A stretch of 64,000 bases of DNA from Azolla caroliniana (Eukaryota; Plantae; Polypodiophyta): the NCBI GenBank assembly GCA_043228905.1, contig JBHGNT010000013.1:1178001-1242000 (forward strand), read 5' to 3'. The notes under the pieces were generated by a model. It saw nothing but the letters and a program-made list of their open reading frames with translations, made no database searches and was not told the origin of the DNA. Position 1 is the first letter of the stretch. Each line of letters begins with the position of its first letter. This document shows positions 46,878-60,700 of the stretch, piece by piece. The position numbers and the translations under genes were made by a program.

Positions 46878-48924
46878 CATAGTTGTTAAGAAACACGTAT
46901 TCTATGTTTAGAATACGTCTTAGAATACTCTAAAGTATTCTACACGTATTCTAGGGTTTAGAAATCCCAATTTTCCATTCTTCACGTATTCTAAGAATTT
47001 GACGTATTAGAAGTATTTAACAAGATTTTAACATTTAAAATTTTAAACATTAATTTTTTTGAAAAAAAAACTATAAAATTTACGAAGTATTTAACGTTTT
47101 TTTTTCCCTCCAAATATTTCCTTCATTAGCATTAAAAAAACGTTGGACGACTGCAAAATGTATTATCAAAAAGTGTTATGTACAAAGGAGATGGTCAAAG
47201 CAAGGACCAAGGGTGATGGTAATTCCAGATTGGTCCTTGGGAGGAGATCGTGAACAGAGGCAATTTCCTCCATAACTGCAGTAATTTTTTCCTTTTCTTA
47301 AGAGAAACCTCCGAAGAGCCATGCATAATGTCATATTGCCCACATATTGCCACCAATAAGCTCTCCCATAGGCCGAACAATATATCTGAGAGAAGAGGAG
47401 TTATGGAATCATATCTTCTTTTACAACGATACTTCCATAAGATCCAAAATGTAACCATGGATATTGTTTTCCATACATGGGTTACACGCACTTGCTTGTG
47501 AGGTTGCATTTCATATTGCCCATGTACTACTGCCAATAAGCTTTTCCATAGGTTCCGCAATATATTGGGAGAAGAGGAGTTATGGAATCATAACGTCTTT
47601 TACAACGATACTTCCATAAGATCCATAATGTAACCGTTGATATTGTTTTCCATACATGGGTTGCACACACTTTCTTGTGAGGTTGTTGAAATTAGATGCC
47701 CATTGATGACTGTCATAGCCTCTAGAGCATCATTTGCCTCCTACAACGCGAGACTGGAATGGAGAACCCCCCATACCGCAGATCCCTAGGAGAAGAGGGA
47801 ACATGCATTAATCGTGAGGAATAAAGAAAGAACTTTATTCCATATCTGATGGGCTAGTGAACAAAACCAGAGAGCATGCTTGGTAGTTTCTTGCATGTCA
47901 CATCAATAATAGCATTGTCTAAGAATGGTTGCCACATCTCTTTTCAGTGACTGACCTACTAGTAGTGTTGCATGTAGTAAAAGCCATCTGAAGGAAATAT
48001 ATTTGATTGGTTCCCTGAAAGACCAAATCCATTTCCAATAAGCCTTCAAATACATGCTTGAAACACCCCACTTATGCCAGTGCTTTTGAGTTGAAGGAAT
48101 CAGAGTATTTTTAGACATGAGAAAGGATCTACCAAGTTTCATAATGTACTAAAAGAATGAACTTTCTGCAATGGATCCATCATGGAATTGGTCTAGAACC
48201 ATCCCCCTAGGTCCCACATCAACCTACCAACTGGCTTCCATGCATATAACCAGAGCATATCCCACAAATGAGCTAGTGACAATTGTGGACCTAGTAGCCA
48301 TTTCTTACCAGATTTGGCCATTACCCTAATTGGAACAACGAACTAGTTCTATAGTGAATTATCCGAGGGTATATAAGGCTACAATTTATTGTCATGTTGA
48401 ATATAAAAATAAGAATTACCTCTGTTTGTAGAAATTCCGTTAACAAAAAGCATCATGCCATTCGTAAGGCAACCAAACCAAATATGCTCTTGCATTGGCT
48501 GAAATTGCATAGAGGCATGCAAGAAAGCCGCTGAAATATCCATCGTCATTGTGTTCGCACCATGTATCTAGCGTAACTGCTTAAGCTTATCCATTTCTGA
48601 CATTTGTTGAAAATTGAATCTAGGATCTCACTAATGCTATTGGCCCATTATCAAGTTTTCCCCAAGCAAGGCGAGTTCTAAGGCCCAATAGGGTTTAGGG
48701 TTCATCTTCCCATCCTCATAGCTCTCCCTCTCATAAGCCATAGTTATGCCCGACTCAACTAGTGAGTTAGGCCTTCTACGTATTTAAAGTATTCTACACA
48801 TATTCGAAGTATTTAACGTATTTTATCTGTAAAGTACGTATTTGAAATATTTTTTAAAAAAGAAACTGGAATACTTGTGGAATACTTAGCATACGTATTC
48901 TATGCTAAGTATTCTAAAACAATG
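46878..48924. mobile_element. Non-autonomous hAT-like DNA transposon, copy 1, with nested LINE fragment
   Basis: 8-bp TSD TGTGATAC at 46870-46877 and 48925-48932. Imperfect TIR (left CATAGTTGTTAAGAA, right reverse complement CATTGTTTTAGAA). Subterminal GTATTCTA/ACGTATT repeats at both ends. Confidence 0.75.
47135..48690 (-). pseudogene. LINE 3' fragment (zf-RVT region) with an internal ~177-bp duplication; second copy at 52989-54544
   Basis: WKWIWSFREPIKYISFRWLLLH, C..TTKHALWFC, FWILWKYRCKRRY, WNYHHPW. Confidence 0.65.
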
Positions 48925-49156
48925 TGTGATACTACAGGTAGATCACTATCGCACAATCATAAAATCCAACACATTCATGACATTTTTAGTGTTATTTAGA
49001 GTAAAACATGGGTCTAATTTTGAACTATTAATGATTTGGAGTTAACTCAAGAACTTGATCCATTAGGTCACATAAACCAATCAACTAAATGTGATTAATT
49101 ACACTTGTATCCTCATAATATTCTCATATATTTCATGACTAGTTTATAACAGGTGA

Positions 49157-49563
49157 ATGTTTGTGTGGTTAGTAGTTTGGGTATTGTGGAAGGCAAGATG
49201 TAAATGTATATTTCAGAAAGTCAAACAAAATGCAATTGAGTTAGTCGAGGAGATATGGTTGATGCTCCTGCATACTCTAAGAGGTCAATATGAGGCAATA
49301 ATTGGTGATAAGCAACACCATTTTCGAGAAATTAGGAAAAAGACAGGGTCTTCACCTCTTTGGGGAGAGAATAAAGTGGAGATATACTCCACTAAGATGC
49401 CTTTTCTGCCCCCCGTCTTGGAAAGACCTTGCAAGATATACTTGACATGTTGGTTGATGTGGGTATGATGCTTATATTTTACTGTATGAGTTCTTTGTAG
49501 CCTTTGGGCATCTTTCCATTAATACCAAGGTGAATATTTAATAATAATAATAATAATAATAAT
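49157..49563 (+). pseudogene. LINE 3' end with (AAT)n tail; second copy at 55011-55417
   Basis: VWVLWKARCKCIFQ..IWLMLLHTLRGQY, homologous to the other LINE ends, terminating in (AAT)~8. Confidence 0.6.
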
Positions 49564-50672
49564 GAAAGGGTAAGCAATACATCTTGTGGCAAAAATATGA
49601 GTAAACCTTGAATTTTACACTAATAGCATTTCTTAGTCACTTATCTTTGTCTTAGAAATACACACCCATATGACAAAGCAAAGGCCATATTTTAATTTAT
49701 GATATAGTGAGAGAAGATTATTGTGAAAATTAAGGTGTCCAACATAAGGTTAGGGAATGTGGTTGGAACTTGGTATCATGAGAGGATGCCAAGTTAAGGT
49801 AAGTATTGACATTCATTGATTTTAGTACCAAGCTTTGATACATCATTACTTTTAAGAGAAGCGATGATTTTAGTATCAAACTTTTGTAAAAGAGTGCTAG
49901 ACTTAAAGTTCAAAGTCATGTTTAAAATCTTCATATGAATGAGTCTATACTCTCTTGCTACATCAACATGTTAATAGTGTATTGAATTTTGCATTTATAT
50001 TTGTGCATCAATTCTAGTTGTAAAGCTCACGTTTGAGAACCTCGAGGTTTCGAGCGGAAACTATTTGGGCATTTTCATGGCTCATTGATGCCATTCATGT
50101 AGTAGAACGATTTGAGATAATATTGGAGAGAACGAACATATGAAAATATCCATGTTTCTGATGGTCTTGATTTAGTGCCAATCACTATTGCAACATCTAA
50201 GAAGTTCACATGTTACTATGTAAGCTTCCAAACTCACGTCATTTTTAAGGTCTCTCAAATTTGTATATTTCAAATTGTCGAGGAATCCCCCATATTTCTA
50301 TTGCGGTTTTGGGTTATTAAAGGACATTCAAACTTCAAAGTGATTGTTGAAATTAATAAGCCTGCTTGCATTAATGAGTTGAAAGCCATCTTATGGCCAA
50401 AATTATCCAACATTGACCATACAAAGAATTCAACGTTGATTAGCCAATAAAAGAAGTTCCGTTATTGCACAAGTCATAATAATATATGGACAACAAAATG
50501 CCTTGGAGGCAATAATTCAAGGTACTCCCTTAGATAAAACATTTTCAAAAATCATTTAAGATTGAATTGAATAATCATTGTTCATAAAAAGATAATCATC
50601 GATTCATACTAATCTTAGAATGATAATATTGAATTGACAGATCACTTACATGCCAAGAAAGTAGAGAACATG

Positions 50673-52125
50673 GGAATAATCGTGATCAATTATATGAAGA
50701 CATGGGAAAGGTCAGAAATGGCAGAAAGATGCTTGACGTAGTCAATACAGCTGTCTCCTCGCTTCCTATTGGTAATGAGGAAGAGGGTGAATGGTCTGGA
50801 CAATGTGATGGTACCGGAAATATTATCAATGTCAGGGGTCTAGGAAAGAGTGGGAAGACCGTCCTGATGGGATTATTAGATGAAAGTGCAGGCTGGTACC
50901 CTATTAGAATTGTGGCAAGACACGGAAAGAAATGGAAGGTGAATCCACCAGTCGAAGAGGTCGAGGAGGATTGGATCTTGTACATGGTTGAAGGCAAGCC
51001 TCTCGAGCGCGTAGAATGGGATCCCGCTGAATATAGGTGGAAGGGAGAACAAGCTAAATCACTAGGTTTCTTCGAATACTCGACGCGCTTGGGGAGAAAG
51101 TTAGGTTCGTATCATGAGAAATGTGCCAACAAGTGGACCCATGCAGCTATCGATTCAGTCTTCTTGGATAGAACCAGGAGCAGGATATGGAACTCATCCC
51201 TTCCCGAGCGGATCAAAGTGTTTTTCTGGTTAATCACCCATCGGGCTGTTCCAACGGGAGAGTGGCTTGGGAATAGAGGCGACATGAGTGGTTGCAAGGT
51301 GTGTAGTGCGAGCTTGGAGGACATCGCTCATTGTTTGTGGTGCTGCCCACGAGCGCAAGAAATCTAGCTGAGGAGCTTAAGAATCTTGGCTCGTTTTGGG
51401 GTTGAGGTTCATGTATCGAGCGCAGTAATCACTTGGCTGGCCACTGAATCGGCCTCGTGGTTTCAAGGGTGGGATGGAAACAGTCCTTCTTTAATGGTGA
51501 AGCAAGGATCTGTGCAACCAACAACGCAAGGAGGTTTATTCTTCTTACATGAACGCTACGTGGACATATGGGTATTAGTGGTCGGCCTTACGATCTGGCA
51601 AGTGTGGGTATCTCGGTGCAAGGAGACCCTCGCAGGTAAACGAACCCCACCGGCTGAGAATTTAATGATGATCTGGTTTAATCTTATTTCTACGTTGCGA
51701 GGTGAGTTTGAAAGTCTTCAAGGGCCATCTGATGCAAGTGAAGAAGCTAGAGCTCGATTCCTTCGGAAATGGAGCGGTTCGTTGATGCTGCAGATAATGG
51801 ATGGTAAAGTGAAGTGGAATTATCAACCACCGCGGTGGTTGTTCCCTCCAAGTGTTCCTAACATCTAGATGGGTGCTGCCATGAGGAGCGAATGGAGGAC
51901 ATCTATGCTGAATTCTGTTTTGTATGAGGCTCACGTGGAGAATATGTGTTCGAGTAATGCTATACACATAGAATGATGTGGTGTTTTGGAGTTGTTTTTT
52001 TATGTTGTTTCATCTACACATTGTTTTCCTTTGACATGCAAGATGTCTTGTAAGATATGAGTTGTAAATGATTCCTTTGTACATTCTTAACTAATGGAAG
52101 TAGATGTTTTTGGAAAAGAAGAAGA
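50673..52125 (+). mobile_element. 5'-truncated LINE with 18-bp TSD, copy 1
   Basis: AAGAAAGTAGAGAACATG at 50655-50672 and 52126-52143. ORF with zf-RVT IWNSSLPERIKVFFWLITHRAVPT..CKVC..EDIAHCLWCCP and one internal stop. Purine-rich tail. Confidence 0.88.
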
Positions 52126-52731
52126 AAGAAAGTAGAGAACATGAATACTTAATTAAAGAGATGAGAGAACCAAGATGCGTGGAAGGCAATTTCATTCATT
52201 GGATAGAGTGAATAAATGCAAAACTTGTTGAATCGTTAATCCAATCAATGGATAAAGATGAGTTTTTATTTAAATGAGGGACAACATAAATTACATTGAT
52301 AGATCTCAAATTAATCTATGAAAAAATAACCTTTTTACATATGAATCTATCTAGATTAGTAGGTAATGAACTACACCATCACACAATCATCAATTCCAAT
52401 ATGTTCAAGCCATTTTCAATAGCATTTTCTACCAAAGGGAGGTAAAAGATCAACAAATGTTCACTTTTGTAAAAAAACAATTTCCAAAAAAGGAGCCTAA
52501 ACCCTAAACCCTAAACCCAAAATTTCTCATTAGTTAGGAGACATTTTTACAGAAAGACTATACAAGGTGGCTTATATATAATCGGGGAATCACCCCTGAC
52601 CGAGTTCAAGAATATGAGACTAAGTACATATCCTCTCATACTTTCTACTTAATGTAACCGGTGATGAATGTCACTATTTTATAGCTCTAGGTTCACTTTT
52701 GTAGATTTATTTATTTTACATAATGTGATAC

Positions 52732-54778
52732 CATAGTTGTTAAGAAACACGTATTCTATGTTTAGAATACGTCTTAGAATACTCTAAAGTATTCTACACG
52801 TATTCTAGGGTTTAGAAATCCCAATTTTCCATTCTTCACGTATTCTAAGAATTTGACGTATTAGAAGTATTTAACAAGATTTTAACATTTAAAATTTTAA
52901 ACATTAATTTTTTTGAAAAAAAAACTATAAAATTTACGAAGTATTTAACGTTTTTTTTTCCCTCCAAATATTTCCTTCATTAGCATTAAAAAAACGTTGG
53001 ACGACTGCAAAATGTATTATCAAAAAGTGTTATGTACAAAGGAGATGGTCAAAGCAAGGACCAAGGGTGATGGTAATTCCAGATTGGTCCTTGGGAGGAG
53101 ATCGTGAACAGAGGCAATTTCCTCCATAACTGCAGTAATTTTTTCCTTTTCTTAAGAGAAACCTCCGAAGAGCCATGCATAATGTCATATTGCCCACATA
53201 TTGCCACCAATAAGCTCTCCCATAGGCCGAACAATATATCTGAGAGAAGAGGAGTTATGGAATCATATCTTCTTTTACAACGATACTTCCATAAGATCCA
53301 AAATGTAACCATGGATATTGTTTTCCATACATGGGTTACACGCACTTGCTTGTGAGGTTGCATTTCATATTGCCCATGTACTACTGCCAATAAGCTTTTC
53401 CATAGGTTCCGCAATATATTGGGAGAAGAGGAGTTATGGAATCATAACGTCTTTTACAACGATACTTCCATAAGATCCATAATGTAACCGTTGATATTGT
53501 TTTCCATACATGGGTTGCACACACTTTCTTGTGAGGTTGTTGAAATTAGATGCCCATTGATGACTGTCATAGCCTCTAGAGCATCATTTGCCTCCTACAA
53601 CGCGAGACTGGAATGGAGAACCCCCCATACCGCAGATCCCTAGGAGAAGAGGGAACATGCATTAATCGTGAGGAATAAAGAAAGAACTTTATTCCATATC
53701 TGATGGGCTAGTGAACAAAACCAGAGAGCATGCTTGGTAGTTTCTTGCATGTCACATCAATAATAGCATTGTCTAAGAATGGTTGCCACATCTCTTTTCA
53801 GTGACTGACCTACTAGTAGTGTTGCATGTAGTAAAAGCCATCTGAAGGAAATATATTTGATTGGTTCCCTGAAAGACCAAATCCATTTCCAATAAGCCTT
53901 CAAATACATGCTTGAAACACCCCACTTATGCCAGTGCTTTTGAGTTGAAGGAATCAGAGTATTTTTAGACATGAGAAAGGATCTACCAAGTTTCATAATG
54001 TACTAAAAGAATGAACTTTCTGCAATGGATCCATCATGGAATTGGTCTAGAACCATCCCCCTAGGTCCCACATCAACCTACCAACTGGCTTCCATGCATA
54101 TAACCAGAGCATATCCCACAAATGAGCTAGTGACAATTGTGGACCTAGTAGCCATTTCTTACCAGATTTGGCCATTACCCTAATTGGAACAACGAACTAG
54201 TTCTATAGTGAATTATCCGAGGGTATATAAGGCTACAATTTATTGTCATGTTGAATATAAAAATAAGAATTACCTCTGTTTGTAGAAATTCCGTTAACAA
54301 AAAGCATCATGCCATTCGTAAGGCAACCAAACCAAATATGCTCTTGCATTGGCTGAAATTGCATAGAGGCATGCAAGAAAGCCGCTGAAATATCCATCGT
54401 CATTGTGTTCGCACCATGTATCTAGCGTAACTGCTTAAGCTTATCCATTTCTGACATTTGTTGAAAATTGAATCTAGGATCTCACTAATGCTATTGGCCC
54501 ATTATCAAGTTTTCCCCAAGCAAGGCGAGTTCTAAGGCCCAATAGGGTTTAGGGTTCATCTTCCCATCCTCATAGCTCTCCCTCTCATAAGCCATAGTTA
54601 TGCCCGACTCAACTAGTGAGTTAGGCCTTCTACGTATTTAAAGTATTCTACACATATTCGAAGTATTTAACGTATTTTATCTGTAAAGTACGTATTTGAA
54701 ATATTTTTTAAAAAAGAAACTGGAATACTTGTGGAATACTTAGCATACGTATTCTATGCTAAGTATTCTAAAACAATG
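52732..54778. mobile_element. hAT-like element, copy 2 (from the tandem duplication)
   Basis: Copy 1 shifted by 5854. Confidence 0.75.
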
Positions 54779-56526
54779 TGTGATACTACAGGTAGATCAC
54801 TATCGCACAATCATAAAATCCAACACATTCATGACATTTTTAGTGTTATTTAGAGTAAAACATGGGTCTAATTTTGAACTATTAATGATTTGGAGTTAAC
54901 TCAAGAACTTGATCCATTAGGTCACATAAACCAATCAACTAAATGTGATTAATTACACTTGTATCCTCATAATATTCTCATATATTTCATGACTAGTTTA
55001 TAACAGGTGAATGTTTGTGTGGTTAGTAGTTTGGGTATTGTGGAAGGCAAGATGTAAATGTATATTTCAGAAAGTCAAACAAAATGCAATTGAGTTAGTC
55101 GAGGAGATATGGTTGATGCTCCTGCATACTCTAAGAGGTCAATATGAGGCAATAATTGGTGATAAGCAACACCATTTTCGAGAAATTAGGAAAAAGACAG
55201 GGTCTTCACCTCTTTGGGGAGAGAATAAAGTGGAGATATACTCCACTAAGATGCCTTTTCTGCCCCCCGTCTTGGAAAGACCTTGCAAGATATACTTGAC
55301 ATGTTGGTTGATGTGGGTATGATGCTTATATTTTACTGTATGAGTTCTTTGTAGCCTTTGGGCATCTTTCCATTAATACCAAGGTGAATATTTAATAATA
55401 ATAATAATAATAATAATTAAAGGGTAAGCAATACATCTTGTGGCAAAAATATGAGTAAACCTTGAATTTTACACTAATAGCATTTCTTAGTCACTTATCT
55501 TTGTCTTAGAAATACACACCCATATGACAAAGCAAAGGCCATATTTTAATTTATGATATAGTGAGAGAAGATTATTGTGAAAATTAAGGTGTCCAACATA
55601 AGGTTAGGGAATGTGGTTGGAACTTGGTATCATGAGAGGATGCCAAGTTAAGGTAAGTATTGACATTCATTGATTTTAGTACCAAGCTTTGATACATCAT
55701 TACTTTTAAGAGAAGCGATGATTTTAGTATCAAACTTTTGTAAAAGAGTGCTAGACTTAAAGTTCAAAGTCATGTTTAAAATCTTCATATGAATGAGTCT
55801 ATACTCTCTTGCTACATCAACATGTTAATAGTGTATTGAATTTTGCATTTATATTTGTGCATCAATTCTAGTTGTAAAGCTCACGTTTGAGAACCTCGAG
55901 GTTTCGAGCGGAAACTATTTGGGCATTTTCATGGCTCATTGATGCCATTCATGTAGTAGAACGATTTGAGATAATATTGGAGAGAACGAACATATGAAAA
56001 TATCCATGTTTCTGATGGTCTTGATTTAGTGCCAATCACTATTGCAACATCTAAGAAGTTCACATGTTACTATGTAAGCTTCCAAACTCACGTCATTTTT
56101 AAGGTCTCTCAAATTTGTATATTTCAAATTGTCGAGGAATCCCCCATATTTCTATTGCGGTTTTGGGTTATTAAAGGACATTCAAACTTCAAAGTGATTG
56201 TTGAAATTAATAAGCCTGCTTGCATTAATGAGTTGAAAGCCATCTTATGGCCAAAATTATCCAACATTGACCATACAAAGAATTCAACGTTGATTAGCCA
56301 ATAAAAGAAGTTCCGTTATTGCACAAGTCATAATAATATATGGACAACAAAATGCCTTGGAGGCAATAATTCAAGGTACTCCCTTAGATAAAACATTTTC
56401 AAAAATCATTTAAGATTGAATTGAATAATCATTGTTCATAAAAAGATAATCATCGATTCATACTAATCTTAGAATGATAATATTGAATTGACAGATCACT
56501 TACATGCCAAGAAAGTAGAGAACATG

Positions 56527-57979
56527 GGAATAATCGTGATCAATTATATGAAGACATGGGAAAGGTCAGAAATGGCAGAAAGATGCTTGACGTAGTCAAT
56601 ACAGCTGTCTCCTCGCTTCCTATTGGTAATGAGGAAGAGGGTGAATGGTCTGGACAATGTGATGGTACCGGAAATATTATCAATGTCAGGGGTCTAGGAA
56701 AGAGTGGGAAGACCGTCCTGATGGGATTATTAGATGAAAGTGCAGGCTGGTACCCTATTAGAATTGTGGCAAGACACGGAAAGAAATGGAAGGTGAATCC
56801 ACCAGTCGAAGAGGTCGAGGAGGATTGGATCTTGTACATGGTTGAAGGCAAGCCTCTCGAGCGCGTAGAATGGGATCCCGCTGAATATAGGTGGAAGGGA
56901 GAACAAGCTAAATCACTAGGTTTCTTCGAATACTCGACGCGCTTGGGGAGAAAGTTAGGTTCGTATCATGAGAAATGTGCCAACAAGTGGACCCATGCAG
57001 CTATCGATTCAGTCTTCTTGGATAGAACCAGGAGCAGGATATGGAACTCATCCCTTCCCGAGCGGATCAAAGTGTTTTTCTGGTTAATCACCCATCGGGC
57101 TGTTCCAACGGGAGAGTGGCTTGGGAATAGAGGCGACATGAGTGGTTGCAAGGTGTGTAGTGCGAGCTTGGAGGACATCGCTCATTGTTTGTGGTGCTGC
57201 CCACGAGCGCAAGAAATCTAGCTGAGGAGCTTAAGAATCTTGGCTCGTTTTGGGGTTGAGGTTCATGTATCGAGCGCAGTAATCACTTGGCTGGCCACTG
57301 AATCGGCCTCGTGGTTTCAAGGGTGGGATGGAAACAGTCCTTCTTTAATGGTGAAGCAAGGATCTGTGCAACCAACAACGCAAGGAGGTTTATTCTTCTT
57401 ACATGAACGCTACGTGGACATATGGGTATTAGTGGTCGGCCTTACGATCTGGCAAGTGTGGGTATCTCGGTGCAAGGAGACCCTCGCAGGTAAACGAACC
57501 CCACCGGCTGAGAATTTAATGATGATCTGGTTTAATCTTATTTCTACGTTGCGAGGTGAGTTTGAAAGTCTTCAAGGGCCATCTGATGCAAGTGAAGAAG
57601 CTAGAGCTCGATTCCTTCGGAAATGGAGCGGTTCGTTGATGCTGCAGATAATGGATGGTAAAGTGAAGTGGAATTATCAACCACCGCGGTGGTTGTTCCC
57701 TCCAAGTGTTCCTAACATCTAGATGGGTGCTGCCATGAGGAGCGAATGGAGGACATCTATGCTGAATTCTGTTTTGTATGAGGCTCACGTGGAGAATATG
57801 TGTTCGAGTAATGCTATACACATAGAATGATGTGGTGTTTTGGAGTTGTTTTTTTATGTTGTTTCATCTACACATTGTTTTCCTTTGACATGCAAGATGT
57901 CTTGTAAGATATGAGTTGTAAATGATTCCTTTGTACATTCTTAACTAATGGAAGTAGATGTTTTTGGAAAAGAAGAAGA
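56527..57979 (+). mobile_element. 5'-truncated LINE, copy 2 (from the tandem duplication)
   Basis: Copy 1 shifted by 5854, including the TSD. Confidence 0.88.
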
Positions 57980-57997
57980 AAGAAAGTAGAGAACATG

Positions 57998-58800
57998 AAT
58001 ACTTAATTAAAGAGATGAGAGAACCAAGATGCGTGGAAGGCAATTTCATTCATTGGATAGAGTGAATAAATGCAAAACTTGTTGAATCGTTAATCCAATC
58101 AATGGATAAAGATGAGTTTTTATTTAAATGAGGGACAACATAAATTACATTGATAGATCTCAAATTAATCTATGAAAAAATAACCTTTTTACATATGAAT
58201 CTATCTAGATTAGTAGGTAATGAACTACACCATTACTTGTATTCCTACATCCTTTAAGTGAGCTTTGTGTGAAAACACTTAAGTTTGTTTGATGTCCCCA
58301 CGTATGTAACAAGTGATTGACGATATAATATTGTGAGCTACTAGCATCAACCAAGAAATGCACTAAAGATTCATTGATATGCCCAATTGTTCGCAACAAA
58401 CCATTGGGTCTTAGAAAATGTTAATGAAAATAACATGGACGATTAGTTAAATGTTGAGTCAAAACTTCAATAATATTTGCGGGTCTACCATGGCCAGATA
58501 TTGACAAAACCCAGTGCTTCACATTGGCATCTTGTTGTGAACAAATGGAGCTTTTAATGCAATTGCTACAGAAAAAGGCAGAAAATGGGTGACTATGCTT
58601 AATGTGATCTTGAACACTATGAGATTGTATGAGGGAATAAGGGACAACATGCATTCTGGCAACATGAGGCATGGAGGGCAAGGAGATTCAGAGTCTCAAG
58701 AGTTGGCACAAGCACAATTTATCGTGGACTTCATGTTAGGACATCCGAAATAGTGCTACCAACCGCCTCATTGGCTCTACCCATCGGCCAACAAATCACC
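57998..58800 (-). pseudogene. Old degenerate gypsy gag-protease remnant related to G3
   Basis: LRTIGHINESLVHFLVDASSSQY compared with G3 LRAVGYINGTQAHFLFDSSSSHN. Related decayed sequence also flanks the LINE at ~50450-50654 and 52144-52375. Confidence 0.6.
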
Positions 58801-60379
58801 AATATTGCTTTCGGTGATATCAATGTCTAGCTGTGTTCTGAAGCTTGGTAGTTGTGTTTTGATGCTTGTTCCAAAATAACAAATTTTGTCATGTGGTCAT
58901 TTGTTGTTATGTGGACAACGATCGCCCCCCCTTTTTTTATCTAAGGTGTCACATAACGATAGCCAAATATATATGAAAGCGACCTGTAAATAGTAGTGTC
59001 TATAGATACTTAGAGTGTACATAGCCTGATTTGTATATGCGATTCACCTAACTAATGGGAAGCAATTTTTTCTTGGGAAAATAATAATCAAAGACCACAT
59101 TTTTGGTCTCCAACTTTGCCTTTATACTCTTCAGGTGCAAAAAAAATCTTCTTTTCCGGTATTAACAACCATAATAGATAGCACTTCAGCGTGTGGATGA
59201 CTTGATCATGTCCCCATGACAAGTGTTGTGTGCACTTTTGTCCCCTTTTATGCACAAATGTTTAAATGATTCGAGAAGTGCACAATGTGACATTTTCTCA
59301 TCATTTGAGTAAATTGTTATCTCAATATGTGGGCAATATTTTATATCATGGACATATTTTAATCATTCGGTGTTACACATTAGTATCCTTTCATGTTCCT
59401 TCCATGATTATCATCAAAATTTAGATTTCCACCTTTGTGTGTACATGTTGATATCAATTATTGTCTTTCACCATTCGCATTAGTAACTAGGAAATACATT
59501 CGTAACTATTTGTTTGGAGGTTTCTAGTCATGCAATTGACATCTATAATTCTCTGTACTATAACGAAACATTAAGATCATTCGCATTTGTACGAATCATT
59601 GTGGGGTGGGGGTGGTGCCTAGAATGGCTCCACCCCCCTCCCAAGGGGGTTCAATGTAAGCGAGCGAGAGAGAGAGAGAACTTATTCATTATTCATTCAT
59701 TCCCCATAAGGGTGTTAAATAGTTACAATGAGTTTAGATACATAGGGGTGCAAGCCCCCTTAGCCATTCACGCTAACCACTCACTCACACCTCTTCTTAT
59801 CTGTCCACATGCACACACGTGTGCATGTGTTCACATACGTATCTACACACACACAATTACACTTATAATCGTATACATTACACATATACACAACAACATT
59901 AAGTTTCTTCACCCTCACTCAACTCTCCGTACATCTCGTATGGTAACACATTATGGCACGCCTATGGGACAATGCCTTACACGTCGATCCCACATGCCTT
60001 GATCATCATCTTCAATATTTTGTTCGGCCAGAACTCCATCTGTCTTCTTTGCAATCGACTCCCTAGATCATAATGCTTGACCCGAACATCTCCATCGATC
60101 AACAAATCTTCCTCGACACGAACATTCCCGTTTTGTTAGCTCAACTTTAGTATCCTCCTTCGGGTCTTCAAAAAAACGTTGTGTGTATGTGTGTTCTTCC
60201 TTGCATTTTGTGAGTTATGGTGAGTTGATCTCGTCCATTTCCTCGATGTTCATGATATTTTAAATTTAGGTATTGTACCCTTAAGTTTTTAAGATTTCGC
60301 CACATGCCCATCTTCTCTTTTTCCCCCTCTCTCTTTTTTAGTTTCATTTTCTTATAGTTTTAGGTTTCCTTTTAGGCCG

Positions 60380-60700
60380 TGTTTTCCTCCCTTGTCTTCT
60401 TCTCTGCTTCTCTGCTTCCTTCTTCCTCTTCTTTTGTTTTCTCTCTTGTCGTTGTTTTCATCTTCTTTGTCTTCTTCTCTCTTTCTTCCTTGCTTCTTAT
60501 TGTTTTTCTCTTCTTCTTCTTCTTCTTCTTCTTCTTCTTCTTCTTCTTCATGTTTTTTTCTATTCTTCTTCTATTGCTACTGTTGCTTCTCCTTCCTCTT
60601 CCTCTTTTTCTTCTTCTTGTTTTTCTCTGTTCTTCTTCTACTGCTGCTTTTAGTTCCTCAAATTCCTCTTCATCATCATCTTCTTCTTTTGCCCGTTGTT
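60380..60700. repeat. CTT/TTC-rich low-complexity tract including (TTC)~13
   Basis: Directly visible. Confidence 0.85.

Larger units (their letters stand above)
46522..58233. repeat. Tandem segmental duplication, unit 5854 bp (46522-52375 and 52376-58229)
   Basis: All ORFs recur with an offset of 5854. CCAT at 46522, 52376 and 58230. One difference noticed (G49564 vs T55418). Confidence 0.97.

Noticed and set aside
59655-59882. Possible LTR (TGTAA...TTACA)
   Set aside because: No partner LTR, TSD, PBS or convincing adjacent coding sequence.
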